From positions 1 to 26,172 of IMG/VR virus record IMGVR_UViG_2548876702_000015: 26,172 nt of DNA; one strand, 5' to 3'. Under the pieces are notes generated by a model that did not search any database, was not told the DNA's origin, and was given only the letters and a program-made list of their open reading frames with translations. Position numbers and translations under genes: made by a program. The DNA comes from a virus (taxonomy: Duplodnaviria > Heunggongvirae > Uroviricota > Caudoviricetes). This document shows, one piece after another, positions 17,190 to 25,119 of this stretch. Each line of letters begins with the position of its first letter. Positions within the stretch are counted from its first letter, which is position 1.

Positions 17190-17304
17190 TAAAATGCGCG
17201 CGATTTTACGCCCATCACTATGTTTAATCTATCTATTAATCATTTATCCCTCTAGCTGTCTACTATCGGACTCAAAAAACATGACTCATTACAAACGAAA
17301 CCTA

Positions 17305-17538
17305 TCAATGCAGCCAGCAGTCGTCTTCCCACACCTTCTGCATAATTTTCAGCACTTGTTTTCTTTCTTCGTCCAGTTGCAGTCCGGTCAGTTCCACACC
17401 GTTAGAGCTACCTTTGCGGATACGAATTACCGTTTTGGGATACAGGGGGCGCAGATTGCGGTAAAGCTCGGATTCAAGGGCATCCAGGGTAGACTGGCTA
17501 ATCTTCTGCTCTTTATCGATCATTATTTCAATGCGCAT
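17305..17538 (-). CDS. DinI-family protein (SOS-induced; Tum/DinI-like)
   Basis: 77 aa from ATG 17538-17536 with a GAGGTG SD. MRIEIMIDKEQ..LDALESELYRNLRPLYPKTVIRIRKGSSNGVELTGL..KQVLKIMQKVWEDDCW parallels E. coli DinI (MRIEVTIAK...) as recalled. Downstream of a LexA box. Confidence 0.6.
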   Translation of the reverse strand: MRIEIMIDKEQKISQSTLDALESELYRNLRPLYPKTVIRIRKGSSNGVELTGLQLDEERKQVLKIMQKVWEDDCWLH

Positions 17539-17548
17539 AAAAGTCACC

Positions 17549-17737
17549 TCAGCTGATGACATCCATTGAGCGGTTGTATTCGTGGGTTCTGATTTTTGCC
17601 ATGAGTTCATCTGTCAGTTCAGAAACCCACTGCAAAGCCAGCCCCTTCTCTTCATCACTACACTCACTAGCCGCTACAAGCTTAAGAAAAAAATCAATGC
17701 GCTGGAGCTTCAAAGACTCCAAAAAATAGTCCTGCAT
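17549..17737 (-). CDS. Small hypothetical protein (62 aa), first gene of the LexA-controlled operon
   Basis: ATG at 17737-17735 with a GGAGGA SD. Its stop overlaps the SD of the DinI-like gene (translational coupling). Confidence 0.45.
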   Translation of the reverse strand: MQDYFLESLKLQRIDFFLKLVAASECSDEEKGLALQWVSELTDELMAKIRTHEYNRSMDVIS

Positions 17738-17780
17738 CTTTCCTCCTATGACACCACAAGCAATACTGTATGCATAACCA

Positions 17781-17796
17781 CTGTTTATATTTACAG
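17781..17796 (-). promoter_or_regulatory. LexA (SOS) box overlapping the promoter of the small-protein/DinI-like operon
   Basis: CTGT-TTATATTT-ACAG (cCACTGTttatatttACAGTAta) fits the CTGT-N8-ACAG consensus with an AT-rich centre. On the transcribed strand a TATACT -10 overlaps the box and a TTTACA -35-like hexamer lies upstream. About 40 nt upstream of the ATG at 17737. Confidence 0.6.
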
Positions 17797-17890
17797 TATA
17801 TAATAATCTTACTGATGTAAAACGTTTTTTTACGTTCATCAGCCTGATATGCCTGGTATTATTAAGAGCACGAATTGTTAACCCGCGTAA

Positions 17891-20263
17891 TTAATACAGG
17901 TTTCGCCACTTATCATCTTCCTGCAAACGCTGGTTCCGATAGAAGATACGCAGGCCTGCTCCTGACGGAATACTGCCGCCGCGAAGGAGTAAATCGACCT
18001 CTTTCTCGCTGCCATCAAATCCTCTGGACTTCAGTTCATAGACGAGCTGCTGTCGCTGATGGTCTGTAATTCGCTGTTTGTAGTCTTTACGCCGTTTCGG
18101 TTTCACCAGGCGTAACCTTGCAGCCAGTTCCCGGCGCTCTTTTTTGCTCATACTGTGCAGGTAATCGTGCAACTCCTTGTCATCCATGCGGGTAATGTCC
18201 GTCCTGGTATCCCCATCAGCTGATTTGTCTTTCCCTTGTTGGTTCAAATTTTCAGCAAGGGGACAGTTATTGCCACGAGTCCAAGGGGCGCAAGCGCCCT
18301 GGTCGGCTGCCGCCTCCTGAACATCAACGGCCTTACGAACCATTTTCCACTTCACGGCATGAGTGCAGATCTTGCCCTCTGCAATAGGTGACCAGATGCC
18401 ATAAATACGAATGCCGTGATCGCCATAGGCGGTCGGCTCTTCGTTGATTTCATAAGCGGTTCTGATGAGGTGATATTTGCGGGGAACCAGTACGCCGCCC
18501 TGCTTCATGATGTAGGTGGCAAAACAACCAGCATCAGCAGCAGCCAGGATGGCATCAAGGCGCGGGTTATCCAGTACCGGCGCACCTGCTTTTTTGTCCC
18601 CCTGTTGCCTTGCCGCCTGACCAGCCAGCAATCGCAGTTCACGGTAAGCCTGACGCCCCGGAATGCCAAAGAAGCGGAATTGCTGAACACGATGCAGAGA
18701 CGCCCAGGCATTAACGTATTCAGCATTATCACGTAGGGATTTCCCCGTTTCCTTGCTGATCTCGCCAGCCAGACCACGCCCGTCAATGTTCTTACTGATG
18801 TATTTCGCGATGTAGCTTGTTGGCGTACCTTTGCGCGGGTTAATCAACTCAGACTTAAAGCGCGGCCCAGTGTTATTGCCCAGTTCCTCGCGGTCTTCAC
18901 GGATGGCAAACTTACGCAGTAATGCAGTGATGGCGCGGCGGTCTTTTTTGCGCATAAAACACAACAGGTGCCAGTGAACTGTACCGTCATGATGCGGCTC
19001 AGCCACCCGCACGCCATACCACCGCAATCCGGCTTTGTGCATCGCCTTACGAAATGCAGCAAACATGCCGACCAGATAATCACTGCTTTGTCTTACCGTC
19101 GCATTTGTCCAAGTTGGGTTGGGCCTGCCATTATTTAGCGTGGAATGGAAACGTGACGGACAGGTGATGGTGTAGAAAACGGCGCAGTCACCGCGCATTT
19201 CCGCGATAAGCTCCAGGCCTTTAACACAGGCCATCATCTCATTGCGGCGATGCGCAGGGTTGCTGCTGCTGGCGTTTACCACATCCTCCATGTCCAGCGT
19301 GTCGCCGTCTTCGTTCACCAGTTCATGAGAACGAAAAAACTCCAGCGACTTACGGCGCTGCTCACGTTTATGCATCACGGCTTCATAGCTGACATAGGGA
19401 GATGCTTTTTTGCTGACCAGGCAGACAGCACGCAACTGCTCTTCCCGCCATTCGCAACGCATCTTCCATAATTTCCGGTACCACCAGTCAGCGCACAACA
19501 TACGCGCCAGCGAACCCGGAATGAGTTCATAGGGCACGGGTTTACGGCGGTTTCTTTTCCGGCGGAGTTGCTCAAACGCAGGCGGGATGACATCCAGACG
19601 CAGGGTTTCCGCTGCCACCTTTTCCCATGTCTTGCGGATTTCTTCTGGCTTAACGTCATCGGTGACATACAAATCGCCACAAGCTGCATCAAGGCACATG
19701 CTCATATGCGCAGCTACCAGGGTGGACAGGCGTTTCACCTGATCCTGACTCATTTCAGGCAGGATCAGCAGGCCGTCCAGCCCTTCATGGCTTGCCATAA
19801 AGCGAAAAGAAGTGGATAGCTGACAGTCGCGTACATGCTCCAGCCGTTCCAGACATGGCTTAATCGTCTCACGCAAATAGCGGGAATAAGCCTTTGGCCT
19901 GCCCAGGCTGCTGAAGTATTCAATACGTTGCATCAGTGGCTTGCTGATATGGGAAGGCTGGGCATTAACGTCCGCCAGAATGACCATATCTGGATTAAAA
20001 CGCTGCTGCTCATGCGCCAGCTTTGCCCGACTAATGAGCTTATCCTGCTCCATTTCGCGCTGGACAGGATCACGGGATTCATTAAAGAAATAACGCTCCC
20101 AGACCTGATCACTCAGTGCCTCGCGGCGCAGCTGTTCCTGCTCGTTATCGGCAGCGTACAGAGCGATCAGGTTTGAAAGCGCAGAAACTGAAGATTGCTC
20201 TTCCGTCTCTACGTAAGGATTGATTGCTTTTTTCTCAGCATTCCAGGAATAGCTGTAGTTCAT
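17891..20263 (-). CDS. A: Replication initiation endonuclease A (rolling-circle HUH nickase, P2 gpA-like)
   Basis: ~790 aa from ATG 20263-20261 ([12 protein letters not shown]). HUH-type motif (..[10 protein letters not shown]..). Position at the end of the early operon. Confidence 0.85.
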   Translation of the reverse strand: MNYSYSWNAEKKAINPYVETEEQSSVSALSNLIALYAADNEQEQLRREALSDQVWERYFFNESRDPVQREMEQDKLISRAKLAHEQQRFNPDMVILADVNAQPSHISKPLMQRIEYFSSLGRPKAYSRYLRETIKPCLERLEHVRDCQLSTSFRFMASHEGLDGLLILPEMSQDQVKRLSTLVAAHMSMCLDAACGDLYVTDDVKPEEIRKTWEKVAAETLRLDVIPPAFEQLRRKRNRRKPVPYELIPGSLARMLCADWWYRKLWKMRCEWREEQLRAVCLVSKKASPYVSYEAVMHKREQRRKSLEFFRSHELVNEDGDTLDMEDVVNASSSNPAHRRNEMMACVKGLELIAEMRGDCAVFYTITCPSRFHSTLNNGRPNPTWTNATVRQSSDYLVGMFAAFRKAMHKAGLRWYGVRVAEPHHDGTVHWHLLCFMRKKDRRAITALLRKFAIREDREELGNNTGPRFKSELINPRKGTPTSYIAKYISKNIDGRGLAGEISKETGKSLRDNAEYVNAWASLHRVQQFRFFGIPGRQAYRELRLLAGQAARQQGDKKAGAPVLDNPRLDAILAAADAGCFATYIMKQGGVLVPRKYHLIRTAYEINEEPTAYGDHGIRIYGIWSPIAEGKICTHAVKWKMVRKAVDVQEAAADQGACAPWTRGNNCPLAENLNQQGKDKSADGDTRTDITRMDDKELHDYLHSMSKKERRELAARLRLVKPKRRKDYKQRITDHQRQQLVYELKSRGFDGSEKEVDLLLRGGSIPSGAGLRIFYRNQRLQEDDKWRNLY

Positions 20264-21093
20264 TACGCAATCTCCAGTTCGAGCTGTGAAGGCTGCAAAC
20301 CATTCGACAGCCAATCAGAAACTGAAGGTGGGCGAACAGCTTCAATTGCACCTTTTAAAATTGCGCAACGGTTTTTCAGAATGACAGCTTTCAGCTCCTT
20401 TTCCGTCAGATTGCGCGAATACTCAGCCTCCTGAATAGCCCGCGTCAGCTCAGGATATTTGCTATTAAATTTGGGGACATTGCAGGCAAGATTTGTACTG
20501 TCGGCAGTCGCCAGTGGGTAATTTCCCAACACACGACCGTCAAGCATGCGCAAACCATGAACAGCTGTTTTGAAATTGTGTCGGCAATAAATTGCTTCAA
20601 AAGCGTCCTGCATACGACGATGCCAGTGCGCAGTTCTGATAGCCGCATATTCACCAGACGATCCAAAGCAGACACGAGGCCATTCACGACATAGCTCGAT
20701 AAGCCGATCGATTGACTCGTGCAGATGCCAGACGGGAGTTGCCTTCCCGTAGAACATTTTCGGAACTTCGTTTATCAGGGCATCATTGTCACGTTCACCT
20801 CCGTCCACAACATCAGGAATGACAAAAAAAGCGACCTTAGGATGGTGGTAATAGTTCAGGAGCCATTTATAAAAATCACTCCAGTTAATTTTTAGCCCAC
20901 GCACCCATGCAGAAAATGCGCCGTTATCAATGCCGACGACCTGAGCGTGCTGAATGGACGCCGCAATCTGATCTGGTCGTACATAGGAGACGAAAGCGCC
21001 AGCTCCGCTCACCGCAATACGATGAACGTCGCCAGCACTTCCCCAGACAGGCGTCCCATGGAAATGATGAATTCCGTGGTGCATTTCTTTCAC
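20263..21093 (-). CDS. Hypothetical protein (~273 aa), His-rich N-terminus, co-transcribed between Dam and A; function unknown
   Basis: Track start is GTG at 21093; ATG at 21084-21082 gives [15 protein letters not shown]... Stop overlaps the A start (TAATG). No family confidently recognised. Confidence 0.55.
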   Translation of the reverse strand: MKEMHHGIHHFHGTPVWGSAGDVHRIAVSGAGAFVSYVRPDQIAASIQHAQVVGIDNGAFSAWVRGLKINWSDFYKWLLNYYHHPKVAFFVIPDVVDGGERDNDALINEVPKMFYGKATPVWHLHESIDRLIELCREWPRVCFGSSGEYAAIRTAHWHRRMQDAFEAIYCRHNFKTAVHGLRMLDGRVLGNYPLATADSTNLACNVPKFNSKYPELTRAIQEAEYSRNLTEKELKAVILKNRCAILKGAIEAVRPPSVSDWLSNGLQPSQLELEIA

Positions 21094-21944
21094 ACTTGCA
21101 CCCCGAAAATAACAGTAGAGTCACGTCCCCTACTAAAATCGGCACTAAACCAATTAGCAGATTTAGTGGCAATCATCTCTGTTGCAAATTTTCCCTCCCC
21201 CGCTGCAACGCCGATGCTGCGTTTCGCCCTGATGTAGTGGTGAGTGAAATTACGATAAAGGGACCGGGTCAAAGACGTGTTACTGTTAGAAACAATGACC
21301 GGATGTCCTTCTGATGACCGATGTTCAAGAATGGATGCCAGGTGATACTGATCATCTTCAGTGAAACCATCAGTGTGATAGCCGGAAAACGTACCGTCAT
21401 AAGGCGGATCGCAATACACCACATCCCCCACCTTCAACATCGCCAGCGTTTCATCAAAGCTGGCGCAGATAAACGTTGCCCGCTGGGCTTTCTCTGCAAA
21501 TGCGCGAATTTCTTTTTCAGGGAAATACGGATTTTTATAATTACCGTAGGGAATGTTGAAATGCCCGCTCTTGTTATAGCGACATAAACCACGGTAACCG
21601 TGACGATTGAGATACAGGAAATATACCGCTTTCATGAAATCAGTAATTTCAGTGGAGTAATTAAACTCCTGCCTTATGTTGTAATAAGCCGCCTCCCTGT
21701 TTGCTTCCTCAAATAAAGCTCTGGCACGAGATATAAACGCCTCACAATCAGCAGCAACCTTTTTATAGAGGTTGATTAAATCAGGATTAATATCCGCAAC
21801 AAGATAGCTGGGGTAATCCGTCTCCATCATCACTGCACAGGAACCCGCGAAAGGTTCAACCAGTCGCGGGCCAGCAGGAAGATGCTTTTTCAGTTCGGAC
21901 ATTATGGCGGTTTTATTTCCTGCCCATTTCAGGATGGTGCTCAT
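21090..21944 (-). CDS. dam: DNA adenine methyltransferase (Dam/D12 class N6-adenine MTase)
   Basis: ATG at 21944-21942 ([11 protein letters not shown]..). SAM-binding motif ..[10 protein letters not shown].. and catalytic DPPY motif (VYCDPPYDG). 284 aa. Confidence 0.8.
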   Translation of the reverse strand: MSTILKWAGNKTAIMSELKKHLPAGPRLVEPFAGSCAVMMETDYPSYLVADINPDLINLYKKVAADCEAFISRARALFEEANREAAYYNIRQEFNYSTEITDFMKAVYFLYLNRHGYRGLCRYNKSGHFNIPYGNYKNPYFPEKEIRAFAEKAQRATFICASFDETLAMLKVGDVVYCDPPYDGTFSGYHTDGFTEDDQYHLASILEHRSSEGHPVIVSNSNTSLTRSLYRNFTHHYIRAKRSIGVAAGEGKFATEMIATKSANWFSADFSRGRDSTVIFGVQV

Positions 21945-22168
21945 ACAGCACCTCCGTTGTAATGTTTGCCTTTCAGCTCTGCGATTTCCTGACAGGTAAT
22001 GCAAAGCTGCACACCCGGAATGGCACGGCGGCGTGCTGGCGGAATTGGCGCTTCACACTCAACGCAAAGCACGCGGGACACGCCCGGCGTTTTGGCACGG
22101 GCAGCACGGATATGGCGTTGGCGTTCTTCTTCAACGCGCTGCTGTACGAGATCCATTGCATCAGCCAT
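21941..22168 (-). CDS. TraR/DksA-family C4 zinc-finger protein
   Basis: 75 aa, ATG at 22168-22166. CVECEAPIP..(x17)..CITCQ four-cysteine zinc-finger spacing. Stop overlaps the Dam start. Confidence 0.7.
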   Translation of the reverse strand: MADAMDLVQQRVEEERQRHIRAARAKTPGVSRVLCVECEAPIPPARRRAIPGVQLCITCQEIAELKGKHYNGGAV

Positions 22169-22401
22169 CAGTGGATCTCCTGCGCTTCGTTCTGGATTGC
22201 TTCAGCAGTCACACGCAGCAGTTCTGCCGCTTCGACGTGGTTTAGCTGGCGGGAGGTGATATGACACGCCAGGCTATCGAGGCGAGCAGCCATTGCTTCA
22301 GCCCTTGCCCGGCGTTCTTCCAGACGAGCCTCTGTCAGTAAAAGATTAAGACCTGCATCATCCGGTCCGGTTTTGGTCGTGAGGGTTTCAATATTACGCA
22401 T
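22168..22401 (-). CDS. Small hypothetical early-operon protein
   Basis: ATG at 22401-22399 with an AGGAGA SD; 77 aa. Stop overlaps the TraR-like start (ATGA). Confidence 0.5.
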   Translation of the reverse strand: MRNIETLTTKTGPDDAGLNLLLTEARLEERRARAEAMAARLDSLACHITSRQLNHVEAAELLRVTAEAIQNEAQEIH

Positions 22402-22468
22402 AAGCAATTCTCCTGAATTTAGATAAAGGGATGCCCGGCGGGTTTACGCCATTAATTTCATTAGTTGG

Positions 22469-22810
22469 TTAATTCGGCATGGTTAGCCGTCTGGGAAATA
22501 AGCTCACCACTGCACGAAAATGATTCATTGCTTTAATCAGCTCCCGCTTTTCGTCAGTGGTCAGCTCATTAATGCTGATGCTATGACGTTCAGCTGGAAT
22601 TTTTGCCATAAAGAATATGGCAGCCAGTGCCCGTTTATTTTGTTCATTATTGATATCCCGTGGATCACGCATATCTTTAATAAACCGCTCAAGCTCTGAC
22701 TCAATATTCAGGCCAAAAACTTTCGCCCTTAACTCCGCAATGTGATTAAGTCCATTCAGGCGTTCACCGGGGCTTAATGGAACAGTTGCTGCAGCGCCAT
22801 TAATTGCCAT
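22469..22810 (-). CDS. Hypothetical early-operon protein (113 aa)
   Basis: ATG at 22810-22808. Coding-like composition. Position between cII and the replication genes. Confidence 0.5.
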   Translation of the reverse strand: MAINGAAATVPLSPGERLNGLNHIAELRAKVFGLNIESELERFIKDMRDPRDINNEQNKRALAAIFFMAKIPAERHSISINELTTDEKRELIKAMNHFRAVVSLFPRRLTMPN

Positions 22811-22832
22811 ACTTCATATCCCCCAAACGCAG

Positions 22833-23057
22833 CTATCGTTCTTTGTTCTTACGGTAACGCTCAAGAGGAGATACATTTTTTCGTATCGTCTCTTTAACCT
22901 GCTCTCCCCGTAAAAACGTCCCATCCTTTAACGCGAAAAAGTAACTGCCATCGCCCGACAATGACGGATAGCAACAGAGCAAATCATCTTCAGGTACTGA
23001 ATAACTCTCCCCTCTGTAACGAAACTGATAAACCACTTCACTTTCTGCCGCATACAT
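22833..23057 (-). CDS. Small hypothetical protein (74 aa)
   Basis: ATG at 23057-23055 with a GGAG SD 9 nt upstream. Overlaps an alternative ORF in another frame. Confidence 0.4.
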   Translation of the reverse strand: MYAAESEVVYQFRYRGESYSVPEDDLLCCYPSLSGDGSYFFALKDGTFLRGEQVKETIRKNVSPLERYRKNKER

Positions 23058-23224
23058 TTGGACTTTCTCCGTTTCCTCGTGGTCAATTCAGACAGCAATT
23101 CATCTTGTGAATGACATGGATGCCAGCGTTTTCCATCCTCACCCGTGATCCAGCCGTGACCGTAGTGCATTGCCGGGCTTTGTTTTACCAGCAGCGATGC
23201 AAATGATGGTTCTTTCGTCAGCAT
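22928..23224 (-). CDS. Alternative small ORF (MLTKEPSFASLLVKQSPAMHYGHGWITGEDGKRWHPCHSQDELL...), overlaps the 74-aa ORF out of frame
   Basis: ATG at 23224-23222 with an AGGTG SD just after the cII stop. The first ~50 residues look protein-like. The 3' portion overlapping 22833..23057 may not be real, or reflects a frameshift. Confidence 0.3.
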   Translation of the reverse strand: MLTKEPSFASLLVKQSPAMHYGHGWITGEDGKRWHPCHSQDELLSELTTRKRRKSKCMRQKVKWFISFVTEGRVIQYLKMICSVAIRHCRAMAVTFSR

Positions 23225-23231
23225 AAGCACC

Positions 23232-23741
23232 TCACAGCAAACCGAATGAAGCACCGAGGCCAGTCACGGTATCAACTGCACTCGCCATCGCAGGGTTAGC
23301 CTGTAAACGGGCCTGCAATGAAACAGCAGCCAACGCCATCAGTCGTGTTACAGAGTTAATGCTGCTGATAGCATCACGACGACCTGCACTGGTTTTTACA
23401 TCGCCAGATACCGCACCTGCAGCAACACGCCCGATCTCTGCGGTTGCACTCATGACGTAATGTGGCAGTTTCTCTTTTGCCACCTCATTAATTGGTACGC
23501 ATGGCAGGCAGTGAATCTGTGCCAGAAAACCATCTACCAACGTTGAATCTTCAGTCAGATCGGTAAGCAGCCAGATTTCTGGTGCGGTTAATAAATGAGG
23601 TTGAGCTGGGTTCAGCTTGTTCCGCAGAATCTGCACATTCATGCCCGCACGTTCTGCCAGTTGCACCAGATTGTGGCGCAGTGCGAATGCACGACAGGCT
23701 TCATCAAAATGTGGATGTTTGGAAACTTGGTAATCAAACAT
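23232..23741 (-). CDS. cII: CII-like lysogeny-establishment transcription activator (coliphage 186 CII homolog)
   Basis: ATG at 23741-23739 gives 169 aa starting [24 protein letters not shown].., which I recognise as close to 186 CII (169 aa). Sits downstream of the apl-like gene. Confidence 0.65.
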   Translation of the reverse strand: MFDYQVSKHPHFDEACRAFALRHNLVQLAERAGMNVQILRNKLNPAQPHLLTAPEIWLLTDLTEDSTLVDGFLAQIHCLPCVPINEVAKEKLPHYVMSATAEIGRVAAGAVSGDVKTSAGRRDAISSINSVTRLMALAAVSLQARLQANPAMASAVDTVTGLGASFGLL

Positions 23742-23805
23742 GGTTTTCAACTCCGAACTTATCGCAAAATCGAACTCAGCGTCTTATTGCGAAAATAGAC
23801 GTCTA

Positions 23806-24009
23806 TTAAGCAGACAAAGCATCAACAGTCAGAGCAGCCAGGTTAATCATTACCTTTTCACGTTTTTTGTCTTTACGAAGACGATGACGAGGTAGTCGGC
23901 CATCAGCCAACATGTCGTTAATCGTATCAATAGAAAGGCCAGTCAGTTCGCTATAACGTTCGATTGTGACATGTGGTGTATTCAGAGTAATTGAAATGTT
24001 AGGTGTCAT
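23806..24009 (-). CDS. apl: Apl/Cox-like excisionase-repressor (small HTH protein, first gene of the early lytic operon)
   Basis: 67 aa, ATG at 24009-24007. HTH-like ..[25 protein letters not shown].. with a basic C-terminus. Divergent from cI. Confidence 0.55.
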   Translation of the reverse strand: MTPNISITLNTPHVTIERYSELTGLSIDTINDMLADGRLPRHRLRKDKKREKVMINLAALTVDALSA

Positions 24010-24154
24010 AAGGCAACATTCCTTCTAGGTATGGCTTGTGGCGAGCCGTTGTTTGTCGTGATTAGTAGTGAAGGCTCCAAAAGAACACTTCTGGTTCAAC
24101 TTTAAGATCGCTTTTGGAATCTGTCAACGAATTTTGGATTTCTTTGGAGGACTT
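24010..24154. promoter_or_regulatory. Lysis-lysogeny switch region (pR/pL promoters and operators) between divergent apl and cI
   Basis: 145-bp gap between the divergent early-lytic (apl-cII) and immunity (cI-int) operons. Individual operators were not resolved by eye. Confidence 0.4.
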
Positions 24155-24724
24155 GTGGATTTCAATAGCGGCGGTAAGAAAGCCATAGAACGTTTAGTTG
24201 AAGCATATGGGTTCGGTACCCGTCAGGCTCTCTGTGATCATTTAGGTGTTTCTAAGAGCACCATGGCAACGCGCTATATGCGTGATATTTTTCCAGCAGA
24301 TTGGGTAATCCAGTGCGCCCTTGAAACGGGCACCTCGCTTAATTGGCTAACAACAGGGCATGGTTCAAAGCAAGCATCAGCAAATACAAATACTATAGAA
24401 GTAGAAAAATATTTATTGTCTGATGGAGCATTGCAGAAAGACGGTTTTTATATTTTTGATAAGGAATTTCTACCCTCTACGTTTAAAAAACCTTTTGTCA
24501 TCACAGATAACAATTCTGAATTTATTTGTGATAAAGAATTTGATGATATACGTGATGGTAAATGGGTAATAAGTATTGATGGCGAAATAACGATCCGTGA
24601 CATTACTCGTTTACCCGGTGGAAGAATCTTCGTCGAGGGTGGAAACAGAGCCTTCGAATGCAAGATAGAAGACATTGAAATAATTGGTAAAATTATAAGT
24701 TTAACAGTCAAGTATGTTAAATAG
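24155..24724 (+). CDS. cI: Immunity repressor CI (coliphage 186 CI-like)
   Basis: GTG at 24155 with a GGAGG SD 4 nt upstream; ~189 aa. N-terminal HTH ..LVEAYGFGTRQALCDHLGVSKSTMATRYMRD..ALETGTSLNWLTTG parallels 186 CI (..ICEAYGFSQK..ALETGANLQWLLTG) as recalled. Confidence 0.7.
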   Translation: MDFNSGGKKAIERLVEAYGFGTRQALCDHLGVSKSTMATRYMRDIFPADWVIQCALETGTSLNWLTTGHGSKQASANTNTIEVEKYLLSDGALQKDGFYIFDKEFLPSTFKKPFVITDNNSEFICDKEFDDIRDGKWVISIDGEITIRDITRLPGGRIFVEGGNRAFECKIEDIEIIGKIISLTVKYVK

Positions 24725-24739
24725 TACCGGGAGGAAACT

Positions 24740-24931
24740 ATGCTTGGTAAGGTATTTTTTGTGGTTTTGTCATGTTCTTTGTTATTAAACCCACTAACTA
24801 CCTATGCTAGAAATTATCCCTGCTCAGGGAAAAAGGGAGGTGTTTCTCACTGTACCTCAGATGGCAAATTCGTTTGCAATGATGGAACTATTAGTAAATC
24901 CAAAAAAATCTGTACTAAAAACTCACGATAA
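24740..24931 (+). CDS. Small secreted cysteine-rich protein (moron) between cI and int
   Basis: 63 aa, ATG at 24740 with a GGGAGG SD. Signal-peptide-like N-terminus ([23 protein letters not shown]). Mature ~40 aa with 4 Cys ([33 protein letters not shown]). AT-rich. Confidence 0.5.
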   Translation: MLGKVFFVVLSCSLLLNPLTTYARNYPCSGKKGGVSHCTSDGKFVCNDGTISKSKKICTKNSR

Positions 24932-25119
24932 CTTTTGCTTTTATATCTGCGTCTAAAATAAAAATGAGCCGCAGGTTAACCGCAAAAGTTACATGCTCAC
25001 ATAGCAAAAAGAATAGCCAACTTCATGATGGCTTCAGTGAGATGTATGGTCGTAGGATTTCATACATTGACACTGGTTATACATACAGTAAAAATGCTCT
25101 CTACTGGAGGGCATTTTTT

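Noticed and set aside
17194-17556. 120-aa plus-strand ORF across the DinI-like gene and its upstream gap
   Set aside because: Antisense to the better-supported DinI-like gene, which has an SD and a LexA-regulated promoter. No independent start signal.
17305-17737. Possibility that the 62-aa ORF and the DinI-like ORF are one frameshifted Tum-like gene (pseudogene)
   Set aside because: The DinI-like ORF has its own ATG and GAGGTG SD placed right at the stop of the 62-aa ORF, which is typical translational coupling of two intact genes rather than a disrupted single gene. Alignment to 186 Tum would be needed to settle it.
24964-25119. N-terminal extension of the integrase ORF (track start at 24964)
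   Set aside because: The internal ATG at 25120 has a GGAGG SD and yields an N-terminus paralleling P2 Int. The extension is probably untranslated leader. Similar track extensions were trimmed for J (to 3882), L (to 8045), A (to 20314) and lysA (to 6673).
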